A stretch of 64,000 nt of DNA, from contig JBPYFK010000039.1 in NCBI GenBank assembly GCA_051984675.1, forward strand, positions 5,932-69,931, read 5' to 3'. The notes beneath the pieces were generated by a model. The model worked only from the letters and a program-made list of their open reading frames with translations. It did no database searches and was not told the origin of the DNA. The number at the start of each line of letters is the position of its first letter. Position 1 is the stretch's first letter. Below are positions 33,900-42,985 of the stretch, in pieces. Source of the stretch: Pseudonocardiaceae bacterium. GTDB taxonomy: Bacteria; Actinomycetota; Actinomycetes; Mycobacteriales; Pseudonocardiaceae. The translations under genes were made by a program, and so were the position numbers.

Positions 33900-34883
33900 G
33901 TGCGAAAAGCGCCGGGTGTGCGGGGGCGGGTGCTGCTCGTGGCGGCCGCCCTCGTCGTGTTGCTCGGGTACGGGATCGCCGGGTACGCGATCTACGGCTT
34001 CCCGGTGTCCGAGGCCGTCTACATGACGGTGATGACGCTGACCACGGAAGGCTTCTCGGGCGCCGATCAGCTCACCCCCGGCGGGAAGATCTTCACCGCG
34101 ACGGTGGCGCTGCTCGGGGTGACGGTCTTCGTCGCCGCACTCGGTGTGATCGGCACCGCGATGGTGGAGAGTGCGTTCGGTCCCACTAGGAGGAAACGCC
34201 GCATGCAGAACCGCATCGACCGGCTCCACGACCACTTCATCCTCTGCGCCTACGGGCGGGTCGGGCAGGCGGTCGCGCGTGAGTTGGCGGCGGAGAACAT
34301 CCCGTTCGTCGTCATCGACAGCAAGCCGGAGCTCGAAGAGCTCATGCAGCGCGACCAGGTGCCGTACCTGATCCACAACGCCAGTTCCGAGGAGGCGCTG
34401 AAACAGGCCGGTATCGATCGCGCTCGCGGGCTGGTTTGCGCGGTGGACTCCGACGCCGAGAACGTCTACATCACCGTCGTCGCCCGCTCGCTGAACCCGG
34501 ACATCGCGATCGTGGCCCGCGCCGCCGAACCGGCCTCCGCGCAGCGGCTCTACCACGCCGGCGCTACCAGCGTCGTTTCGCCCTACGTGACCAGCGGTCG
34601 ACGGATGGCGTTGCTGGCGCTGCGCCCGCGCGTGGTCGACTTCCTGGAGTTCACCCGGGGCGCCACCCCGGGCTGGCGGCTGGAGGAGATCCTGATCGAC
34701 AGCGGGTCTCACCTGGTCGGCAAGCCGCTGCGGCAGGCGTGCCAACGCGCGCTACCGCTGCTGATCCGCCGCGCGGAAGGTGACCTCGTGCCCAACCCCG
34801 ACCTGGACAGCACATTAGCTCCCGGTGACGCGGTGATCGTCTTCGGCGATCCGCGCGCGCTGCGCCCGATCGAGGACGTCTGA
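33900..34883 (+). CDS. 2-TM ion channel with cytoplasmic RCK (TrkA-N/TrkA-C) domains; non-canonical filter
   Basis: ORF track 327 aa. Order is M1, a pore helix, TLTTEGFSG where TVGYGD is expected, and M2, followed by ILCAYGRVGQAVAREL (Rossmann GxGxxG) and a TrkA-C-like tail. Confidence 0.85.
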   Translation: MRKAPGVRGRVLLVAAALVVLLGYGIAGYAIYGFPVSEAVYMTVMTLTTEGFSGADQLTPGGKIFTATVALLGVTVFVAALGVIGTAMVESAFGPTRRKRRMQNRIDRLHDHFILCAYGRVGQAVARELAAENIPFVVIDSKPELEELMQRDQVPYLIHNASSEEALKQAGIDRARGLVCAVDSDAENVYITVVARSLNPDIAIVARAAEPASAQRLYHAGATSVVSPYVTSGRRMALLALRPRVVDFLEFTRGATPGWRLEEILIDSGSHLVGKPLRQACQRALPLLIRRAEGDLVPNPDLDSTLAPGDAVIVFGDPRALRPIEDV

Positions 34884-34942
34884 CCGCGGATACCGTGTCC
34901 GGGGATGCGGGGATGCGGGGATGCGTTGTCCCTCCGGCCGGC

Positions 34943-35551
34943 TCACTGGGGCTGGGCCCAGCGCCGTTCGACGATCTCCCACTCCCGCCCCCACGCTCGA
35001 CACGCGTAGACATCGGCCAGGGCCCGGACGCCTACCACGATCAGGAGGCAGCACGTTTCCACCGCCGTCAGCGCCATGACCGCTTCCACCACCGCGGTCG
35101 CAACTGCGGCGGCTTGGGTCGACGGCGCCGGCACGACCGCGCCTGACGGGCCGAGCCACACCGTGAGCGGACTGCCCTGAACCGTGCCGACCGGGACGAC
35201 CACGACCCCGGTGTGGTCCTGCCCGTGCCGGTCGGTCCACTTCGCCGGGGCCTCGGCGACAGCGTTCTCACCCTCCGCGGAGCGGCCGAGGGCACGGGGT
35301 TGGGCATTGCTCGTCAGGACCGCGACCGCCTGGTAGCGCTCGGCGGACTCCCGCGCTACCGATTGACTCTGCTGCTGGTAGACGGAGTGTCCGAAGGCAG
35401 CCGAGGCCGGCAACGCCAACAGTCCGATCACCAGCAACAGCAGCATGCTGACACCCGTCAGCCGGTCCACCCGCCGACGCACCGGATTGGACTTGAGAGC
35501 CAGGACATGACCCAGCCACGCCAACCGGTCGCGAAGGCCCACCCCGTCCAT
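34943..35551 (-). CDS. Rv1733c-family membrane protein
   Basis: ORF track 202 aa. Family hallmarks are the N-terminal SNPVRRRVDRLTG plus a TM helix, a central soluble segment, a second TM helix, and the C-terminal RAWGREWEIVERRW. Confidence 0.7.
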   Translation of the reverse strand: MDGVGLRDRLAWLGHVLALKSNPVRRRVDRLTGVSMLLLLVIGLLALPASAAFGHSVYQQQSQSVARESAERYQAVAVLTSNAQPRALGRSAEGENAVAEAPAKWTDRHGQDHTGVVVVPVGTVQGSPLTVWLGPSGAVVPAPSTQAAAVATAVVEAVMALTAVETCCLLIVVGVRALADVYACRAWGREWEIVERRWAQPQ

Positions 35552-35656
35552 GACGAAACCCCAACGAAGGACGATGGCGCGAATGCCGCTTCGCTGTGAT
35601 TGTCGGTAGTGGTCGCGCTACTGGGCAGAGCCTTTCGGCCCGGCGTCCGCGCGGGA

Positions 35657-35902
35657 CTACTCGGAGCCAGCGTCCAGGACAGACGCCCAGGCCTGCTCCT
35701 GAGGCTCCGTCATGCCCCCGACGACGTACTCGCCCTCATCGTTGAAGATCGGCCCGCCGGCCTGGGCGGAAGCGGCGGTCTGGGCCAGCATGGCGTGCAC
35801 CTGGGCGTAGGCCAGGCACGTTCGTTCCCGTTCGCTGCCTTCGTGCGTGCGGGCCTCGTCTAGGTAGCGCTGCGCGGCGGTGTAGTGCTCAGGTCCGGTC
35901 AC
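35657..35902 (-). CDS. small hypothetical protein
   Basis: C-terminal part of ORF 35657..36133. GTG at 35902 gives VTGPEHYTAAQRYLDEARTHEGSERERTCLAYAQVHAML... No family recognised, and coding status is uncertain. Confidence 0.3.
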   Translation of the reverse strand: MTGPEHYTAAQRYLDEARTHEGSERERTCLAYAQVHAMLAQTAASAQAGGPIFNDEGEYVVGGMTEPQEQAWASVLDAGSE

Positions 35903-36210
35903 AGTACTAGAGCCTGCCCTATGCGTCGGGGTCAACAAAAGCCGGGTGGCCGATCCCCGCAGTGTCCCGTGCGAATCAGCGGGGCATGGGCGTTGCCCAC
36001 CGGCAACCATCGACCGCGTCACCGAGCGCGCACACTGGTCGTGGTCTTGAGCCTGCACAGCTACCTCGTGCGCACGCCGACCACAATGATCACTGGTGGA
36101 CAGCGGCAACGGCAATCGGTGTCCGGCGTGCAACCATCCTATGTGGACAACGTCATCGCATGGCCCGTGCGACCAAAGGACAAGGAACTGATGATCTAGA
36201 CGAGTCGCCG

Positions 36211-37979
36211 CTAGTCCACAGTGGAAAGCGGGTCGATGCGGAACCGGAGTCGGCAGATGACGGCGTTCGTGCGTCGACGCAGTGCGTGCGCGAGGACCGC
36301 ACCGCGCTGGTTCTGCAGGATGCGTTGCCAGACGTGCTCCGGTTCGACCTCCGCGATGAGGACGAAGACCTGCTTTTCCTGGGCTTCGCGCAGGTAGTCC
36401 ACCAGCGGCTGGCCCAGCCGGCGTCGCTGGTCATAGAGCTGGACGAGGGGCACGTCCGGGTTCCACTTCTCCCAGGCGGCCAGGAAGTCTTTAGCGGCGT
36501 GTTCGTCTTCCGGATGGGTGACGTACACCGCGACCACACGGTCACCCAGGGACAGCGCGGCGGCCAGGGCGTCCCGGGTCAGGCGGGAAACCGTTCCCAC
36601 CGGCACGACGACCAGGGACCGGTTCGGGCGTGGCGGCGCCGGGGTGTGTCCCAGTTCCAGCCGGTCACCGATCGTGCGGTAGGTGCGGTTGACCTTCTCC
36701 ATCACCAGCACGATCAGCGGCAGTGCCACCACGATCAGCCAGCCGCCTTCGGCGAACTTCGAGACCGTGACCACGATCGCCGCGACCGAGGTGAGCAGGG
36801 CGCCGAGCCCGTTGATCCCCGCACGGCCGCGCCAGCCGCCGGGCCGCTCGCGCAGCCAGTGCCGGACCATCCCGACCTGCGAGAGGGTGAACCCGACGAA
36901 CACCCCGATCGCGAACAGCGGCACCAGCGTGTCCATGTCTCCCCGGGAGACCATCAGCAGCGCCGCCGCGGCCAGGGTGAGGAACGCGATCCCGTAGCGG
37001 TGCACTTGGCGCTCGGCCCGTAGGGCGAACAGGTGCGGCAGGTTGTTGTCCCTGGCCAGCAACTGCGCGAGCACCGGCAGCCCGCCGAACGAGGTGTTGG
37101 CGGCCAGTGCCAGCAGCACCGCGGTCGCGAACTGCACCACGAAGTACCCCGCCCCATGGCCGATGGACGCCTCGGTGACCTGCGAGAGCACGGTGACGCC
37201 ATTGACCGGGTGAAGGGAGAACCCCTCCACCAACAGCGCGATGCCGATCAACATCACGCCCAACAGCGCTCCGAGCACCACCTCGGCGCGCTGCGCGTTC
37301 GACGCGGGGCGTGCGGAAGGTCGGCACGGCGTTAGCGATGGCTTCCACACCGGTCAGCGAGGCACATCCGTTGGCGAAGGCGCGCAACAGCAACAGCGCC
37401 CCCACGGTCTGGACCGAGGCCGCGTTGACTGGGGCGTGCTCGGTGACAACCGGTGCGCCGCGCAGCAGGCCGATGACGATCACGGTGAGGATCGACCCGA
37501 CAAACAGGATGGTCGGGCCGAGGAACGCCTTCGCGCTGTGTGCGATCCCCCGGAAGTTGATCGAGGTGATGAGCACGAGCACGCCCAGGCACAGCCACAC
37601 CGTAGTCGACGATCAGTGATGCGCCGGCGACCAGCGACGCTCGGCGGCTGAGGTGCTTCTTGGCGACACCGTAGGCGCCGCCGCCTTCCGGAAAGGCGGC
37701 GATGACCTGCCGGTAGGAGATCGTCAGCACGGCCAGCAGGGTGGCGATGGCCACCGTGACCGGAAGGGTGAAACCGACTCCCCTGCCGCCGGCGAGCGCG
37801 AGCACGATCACGATCGCCTCGGGGCCGTAGGCCACGGACGACAGTGCGTCCAGCGACAGCGCGGCCAGCCCACCGAGGACGGTCAGCCGGTGGTGCTCGG
37901 CGCGTTGCCGTGCGGACGGCTCGCCGCCGTCCGTCCCACGTGGACGGCCATTGCGCAGCCATCCGAGTCGATCGGGCAT
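36211..37979 (-). pseudogene. APC-superfamily permease with a C-terminal cytoplasmic domain, broken by two lesions
   Basis: Three colinear pieces lie in three frames. First, MPDRLGW...LSSVAYGPEAIV...ASLIVDY (to about 37601). Second, VWLCLGVLVLITSINFRGI...GVEAIANAVPTFRTPR (to about 37305). Third, ...NAQRAEVVLGALLGVML... to the stop at 36211. The first junction also lacks about 20-25 expected codons. Confidence 0.75.
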
Positions 37980-38129
37980 GGCGGCCAGTCCACGATGCCG
38001 GAATACCCGTGCGCAACGTGGGGGTGGCGGCGCTAACACCGGCACTGACACAACCTTAACGCCGCCCAGCGGCACGCCTGGGTGTCTCGGCTCAAGTCAC
38101 CCCGTTTCGCCGGTCGATACACGTGGGTG

Positions 38130-38213
38130 ATGGCTGACTTGGCGTTCGTGGTGTTGACGATCATGCTCTTCGCCGTCTTCGACCTGATCGTGAAGGCGGT
38201 CGAGCGGCTGTGA
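38130..38213 (+). CDS. 27-aa hydrophobic micro-ORF immediately upstream of kdpF
   Basis: My reading: ATG 38130, [30 protein letters not shown] 38211-38213. Only 2 nt separate it from the kdpF GTG. Single TM-like helix. Not in the ORF track because of its size. Confidence 0.35.
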   Translation: MADLAFVVLTIMLFAVFDLIVKAVERL

Positions 38214-38215
38214 CG

Positions 38216-38299
38216 GTGGAGAACCTGGTCGGTCTGGTGCTGGCTGCCGCGCTGTTCGTGTTCCTGATCGGGGCGTTGCTGTTCCCGGAGCGGTTCTAG
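38216..38299 (+). CDS. kdpF: K+-transporting ATPase subunit F
   Basis: My reading: GTG 38216, [30 protein letters not shown] 38297-38299. It has the canonical KdpF length and the ...LLFPERF ending, directly before kdpA. Confidence 0.8.
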   Translation: MENLVGLVLAAALFVFLIGALLFPERF

Positions 38300-38304
38300 G
38301 CACC

Positions 38305-39969
38305 ATGACGATGACGGCTGCGGGGATTCTGTTTGTCGCGTCCTTGGCGTTGGTGCTGTTGGTCGTGCACAGCCCGTTCGGCGACTACATGTACCGCGTC
38401 TATAGCACCCCGAATCACCTGCGTGTTGAACGCGTGGTTTATCGACTCGGTGGTATCGCTCCAGACAGTGAGCAATCCTGGGCCATCTATGCCCGGAGCG
38501 TCCTGGCCTTTTCCGTCGTTTCGGTGCTGTTCCTCTATCTCCTCCAACGCGTGCAGAGCTTCCTCCCACTGAACATGGGGCATCCGGGGGTCCGGCCGGA
38601 CACCGCGTGGAACACGGCGGCCAGCTTCGTCACCAACACGAACTGGCAGGCGTACTCGGGCGAGTCGACCATGGGACACCTGGTGCAGATGGCTGGGCTG
38701 GCTGTGCAGAACTTCCTGTCCGCCGCGGTCGGGATGGCGGTGGCCATCGCGCTGGTGCGCGGGTTCGCGCGCAGCCGGACGGACAAGCTGGGCAACTTCT
38801 GGGCCGATCTGGTTCGTGGGAGCGTGCGGGTGCTGCTGCCGGTCGCCGTGGTCGCCGCCGTCGTGCTGGTCGCCGGCGGTGCGGTGCAGAGCTTCAGTGC
38901 CGGGCAGACCGTGACCACCCTGACTGGCGGGCAGCAGACCCTGCTGGGTGGACCGGTGGCCAGCCAGGAAGCCATCAAGGAGTTCGGTACCAACGGCGGC
39001 GGGTTCTTCAACGTCAACGCCGCTCACCCGTTCGAGAATCCCACGGCGTGGACGAACTGGTTGGAGATCGTCCTGCTGCTGGCGATCCCGTTCTCGTTGC
39101 CGCGCACGTTCGGTCGCATCATCGGCGACAAGCGGCAGGGATACGCGATCGTCGCGGTGATGGCCGTGCTCGCCGTGCTGAGCATGACCGCGGTCCAAGC
39201 GGCCGAACTGTCCCATCACGGAACGGTCCCGGCGGCAGTCGGCGCCTCGATGGAAGGCAAGGAGGTCCGGTTCGGCGTCTCGAACTCCGGGGCGTACGCG
39301 ACCATGACCACGCTGACGTCCACCGGCGCCGTGGATTCCGCTCACGACTCCTACACCAGCCTGGGCGGCGGCGCGCTGATGGCCAACATGATGCTCGGTG
39401 AGGTCGCTCCCGGCGGGGACGGATCGGGCCTGTACGGGATGCTCGTGCTGGCCGTGCTCAGCGTGTTCCTGGCCGGTCTGATGGTCGGTCGCACGCCGGA
39501 GTACCTGGGGAAGAAGATCGGCAGCCGCGAGATCAAGCTCGCCTCGCTGGCTTTCCTGGCGACCCCGGCGCTGGTACTGGCCGGCACGGCGGTCGCGATG
39601 GGGCTGCCGGTCGGACCGGCGGCGATGCTCAACACCAAGGCGCACGGCCTGTCCGAAGTGCTCTACGCGTTCACCTCCGCCGCGAACAACAACGGTTCCG
39701 CGTTCGCGGGGATCTCGGCGAACACGCCCTGGTTCAACACCGCGCTGGGACTGACCATGCTGCTCGGCCGCTTCCTGCCGATCATTTTCGTGCTCGGGCT
39801 GGCAGGGTCGCTGGCGCAGCAGAAGCCGACCCCGGTGTCGGCGGGCACGCTGCCGACGCACCGGGCGCAGTTCGTGGGCATGCTCACCGGCGTGACGATC
39901 ATCCTGGTCGGACTGACCTTCCTGCCGGCGCTGGCACTGGCGCCGCTGGCGGAAGGGATCGGCGGTTGA
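38305..39969 (+). CDS. kdpA: K+-transporting ATPase subunit A
   Basis: ORF track 554 aa. KdpA-type sequence throughout ([39 protein letters not shown]). Confidence 0.97.
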   Translation: MTMTAAGILFVASLALVLLVVHSPFGDYMYRVYSTPNHLRVERVVYRLGGIAPDSEQSWAIYARSVLAFSVVSVLFLYLLQRVQSFLPLNMGHPGVRPDTAWNTAASFVTNTNWQAYSGESTMGHLVQMAGLAVQNFLSAAVGMAVAIALVRGFARSRTDKLGNFWADLVRGSVRVLLPVAVVAAVVLVAGGAVQSFSAGQTVTTLTGGQQTLLGGPVASQEAIKEFGTNGGGFFNVNAAHPFENPTAWTNWLEIVLLLAIPFSLPRTFGRIIGDKRQGYAIVAVMAVLAVLSMTAVQAAELSHHGTVPAAVGASMEGKEVRFGVSNSGAYATMTTLTSTGAVDSAHDSYTSLGGGALMANMMLGEVAPGGDGSGLYGMLVLAVLSVFLAGLMVGRTPEYLGKKIGSREIKLASLAFLATPALVLAGTAVAMGLPVGPAAMLNTKAHGLSEVLYAFTSAANNNGSAFAGISANTPWFNTALGLTMLLGRFLPIIFVLGLAGSLAQQKPTPVSAGTLPTHRAQFVGMLTGVTIILVGLTFLPALALAPLAEGIGG

Positions 39970-42098
39970 GCGCGGCTGCCGGCCAGGGACGGCGCGTCCA
40001 GGCAGGTCTGCTCGATCCCCGGATGCTGGTCCGGTCGTTGCCGGACGCCGTGCGCAAGCTGAGTCCCGCGACGCTGTGGCGTAACCCGATCATGTTCATC
40101 GTCGAGATCGGCGCGGCGTGGACGACGGTGCTCGCGGCGGCGAGCCCGTCGTGGTTCGCCTGGCTGATCGTGGTGTGGCTGTGGCTGACCGCGATGTTCG
40201 CCAACCTCGCGGAGGCGGTGGCCCAGGGACGCGGCAAGGCGCAGGCCGACGCCCTGCGGCGCGCCAAGCGCGGTACCCAGGCGCGTCGGCTGCCGAGCTG
40301 GACCTCCGGCATGGCCCAGCCGCAGTGGGAAACCGTGCCGGCCTCGCAGTTGCACAGGGGTGACCACGTCATCGTCGAAGCCGGTGAGATCATCCCCGGG
40401 GACGGCGATGTCGTGGAGGGCATCGCCAGTGTCGACGAGTCGGTGATCACTGGCGAGTCCGCACCGGTGATCCGGGAGTCCGGGGGCGATCGGTCGGCGG
40501 TGACCGGTGGGACGCGGGTGCTGTCCGACCGGATCATCGTCACGATCACCCAGCAGCCGGGGGAAAGCTTCATCGACCGGATGATCGCGCTGGTCGAGGG
40601 CGCTGCGCGGCGGAAAACCCCGAACGAGATCGCACTGAACATCCTGCTGGCCGCTCTGACCCTGATCTTCCTGCTGGCCGTGGCGACGCTGCAGCCACTG
40701 GCCGTCTACAGCAAGGCGGTGCGGTCGGGTGTCCCGGACAACCTCGCGTTGAACGCCCACGGCGTAACCGGCATCGTGCTCGTGTCGCTGCTGGTGTGTC
40801 TGATCCCGACCACCATCGGCGCGCTGCTGTCGGCGATCGGTATCGCCGGCATGGACCGGCTGGTGCAGCGCAACGTCCTGGCGATGAGCGGGCGCGCGGT
40901 CGAGGCCGCCGGCGACATCAACACGCTGCTGCTGGACAAGACGGGCACCATCACCCTCGGTAACCGGGAGGCCGTCGAATTCGTGCCGGTGGCGGGCGCG
41001 ACGGCCACCGACCTCGCCGACGCGGCGCAGCTGGCCAGCCTCGCCGACGAAACCCCCGAAGGGCGGTCCATCGTGGTGCTCGCCAAGGACGCCTACCGCC
41101 TGCGGGCCCGTGAGGAGGGGTTGGCGGCGCGCGCGACGTTCATCCCGTTCACCGCGAAGACCCGAATGAGCGGTGTCGACCTGCCCGAAGACGGGCACAT
41201 CCGCAGCATCCGCAAGGGCGCGCCGGCCTCCGTGCTGGAGTGGGTACGCGGGCACGGCGGCGAGACCACCGAGGATCTCACGCGCGTGGTCGAGGCGATC
41301 AGCGCCGGCGGCGCCACCGCCCTGGTCGTCGCTGAACGCCGGGACGGTCAGCCGGCCCGGGCCCTCGGTGTCGTGCGCCTCAAGGACGTCGTCAAGGCGG
41401 GAATGACCGAGCGGTTCCGGGAGATCCGGCGGATGGGCATCCGCATCGTGATGATCACCGGCGACAACCCGCTGACCGCCCGGGCGATCGCCGCCGAGGC
41501 GGGCGTGGACGACTTCCTGGCCGAGGCCAAACCCGAGGACAAGATGACCCTGATCCGCCAGGAACAGGAGGGCGGCCGGCTGGTCGCCATGACCGGAGAC
41601 GGCACCAACGACGCCCCGGCCCTGGCACGGGCGGACGTCGGCGTCGCCATGAACACCGGCACGGCACCGGCCAAGGAAGCCGCCAACATGGTCGATCTCG
41701 ACTCCAACCCCACCAAGCTGATCGAGATCGTGCGGATCGGCAAGCAGCTGCTGATCACGCGCGGTGCCCTGACCACCTTCAGCATCGCCAACGACATCGC
41801 GAAGTACTTCGCGATCATTCCGGCGATGTTCGCCGCCGTGTATCCGGGTCTGGACACGCTCAACGTCATGCGGCTGGCCAGCCCGACGTCGGCGATCCTG
41901 TCCGCGGTCATCTTCAACGCCGTGATCATCGTCGCGCTGATCCCCTTGGCACTGCGCGGGGTGCGGTACCGACCCGCGAGCGCCTCGCGACTGCTCAGCC
42001 GCAACCTCGCGCTCTACGGGCTGGGCGGGATCGTGGCCCCGTTCGTCGGGATCAAGCTCATCGACCTGATCGTCCAGTTCCTTCCCGGGTTGGTGTGA
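39966..42098 (+). CDS. kdpB: K+-transporting P-type ATPase subunit B
   Basis: ORF track 710 aa. P-type motifs [19 protein letters not shown] and ITGES. The start overlaps the kdpA stop. Confidence 0.97.
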   Translation: MSAAAGQGRRVQAGLLDPRMLVRSLPDAVRKLSPATLWRNPIMFIVEIGAAWTTVLAAASPSWFAWLIVVWLWLTAMFANLAEAVAQGRGKAQADALRRAKRGTQARRLPSWTSGMAQPQWETVPASQLHRGDHVIVEAGEIIPGDGDVVEGIASVDESVITGESAPVIRESGGDRSAVTGGTRVLSDRIIVTITQQPGESFIDRMIALVEGAARRKTPNEIALNILLAALTLIFLLAVATLQPLAVYSKAVRSGVPDNLALNAHGVTGIVLVSLLVCLIPTTIGALLSAIGIAGMDRLVQRNVLAMSGRAVEAAGDINTLLLDKTGTITLGNREAVEFVPVAGATATDLADAAQLASLADETPEGRSIVVLAKDAYRLRAREEGLAARATFIPFTAKTRMSGVDLPEDGHIRSIRKGAPASVLEWVRGHGGETTEDLTRVVEAISAGGATALVVAERRDGQPARALGVVRLKDVVKAGMTERFREIRRMGIRIVMITGDNPLTARAIAAEAGVDDFLAEAKPEDKMTLIRQEQEGGRLVAMTGDGTNDAPALARADVGVAMNTGTAPAKEAANMVDLDSNPTKLIEIVRIGKQLLITRGALTTFSIANDIAKYFAIIPAMFAAVYPGLDTLNVMRLASPTSAILSAVIFNAVIIVALIPLALRGVRYRPASASRLLSRNLALYGLGGIVAPFVGIKLIDLIVQFLPGLV

Positions 42099-42126
42099 AT
42101 GGGCCCGGAACGTCGAGGGAGGTCTG

Positions 42127-42978
42127 ATGCGCCCCGCCTGGCTGCGTCAACACCTGGCCGCGCTGAGCGTGCTGCTGGCCTGCACCGTGCTGTTCGGCAT
42201 CCTGTACCCGCTGGTCGTCTTCGGTATCGCGCAGCTGCCCGGGTTGCGGCAGAACGCCCAGGGCTCGATCCTGCGCACGCGGCAGGCCGGGCCGGTTGGC
42301 AGCCGGCTCATCGGGCAGTCGTTCACCGGCTCCGGAGGCATGCTTCTACCCCAGTACTTCCAGAGCCGCCCCAGCGCCGCCGGCAGCGGCTACGACCCGA
42401 CGTCGACCAGTGCGAGCAACCTCGGTCCAGAGGACGTCGTCGACGCCGGCGGGCGACGCAGCCTGCTCACACAGGTGTGCGCGCGAAGTAAGGCGATCGG
42501 CGAACGCGAGCACGTCGACGGTTCGCGGCCGTACTGCACCCCCAGCGGCGTCGGCGCCGTCCTGGCCGTGTTCGGCACGCCGACGGCTGTGGCGCGCGTG
42601 GTCAGCGTGAACGAGGCGTGCCCGGCCAGGCCGTTTCTGGCGACGTACCGGGGGGTGCCGGTCATGTGCGCGCGTCCCGATGCGGACTACTCGGCTGGTG
42701 TCGTGCTCCCGGTCCGGGGAAACGCCCAGGTGGCACCCGCTGTGCCACCCGATGCGGTGACATCGAGCGGTAGCGGTCTCGACCCGAACATCTCACCGGC
42801 CTACGCGCGGCTCCAGAGCCCCCGGGTAGCCGCGAGTCGTGGCATGAGCGTGCGGCAAGTGAGCACACTGGTGGCACAGCACACGACTGGGCGTGCCCTG
42901 GGGTTCCTCGGGGAACCGGCGGTCAACGTGCTGGAGCTGAACGTGGCGCTCGACCGCGTACGCCCGATGCGGCCGTAG
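42127..42978 (+). CDS. kdpC: K+-transporting ATPase subunit C (long form, 283 aa)
   Basis: ORF track. N-terminal TM helix [24 protein letters not shown] and the C-terminal [19 protein letters not shown] motif. It carries a Cys-containing insertion compared with the roughly 190-220 aa forms I remember. Confidence 0.9.
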   Translation: MRPAWLRQHLAALSVLLACTVLFGILYPLVVFGIAQLPGLRQNAQGSILRTRQAGPVGSRLIGQSFTGSGGMLLPQYFQSRPSAAGSGYDPTSTSASNLGPEDVVDAGGRRSLLTQVCARSKAIGEREHVDGSRPYCTPSGVGAVLAVFGTPTAVARVVSVNEACPARPFLATYRGVPVMCARPDADYSAGVVLPVRGNAQVAPAVPPDAVTSSGSGLDPNISPAYARLQSPRVAASRGMSVRQVSTLVAQHTTGRALGFLGEPAVNVLELNVALDRVRPMRP

Positions 42979-42985
42979 ATCGGGG

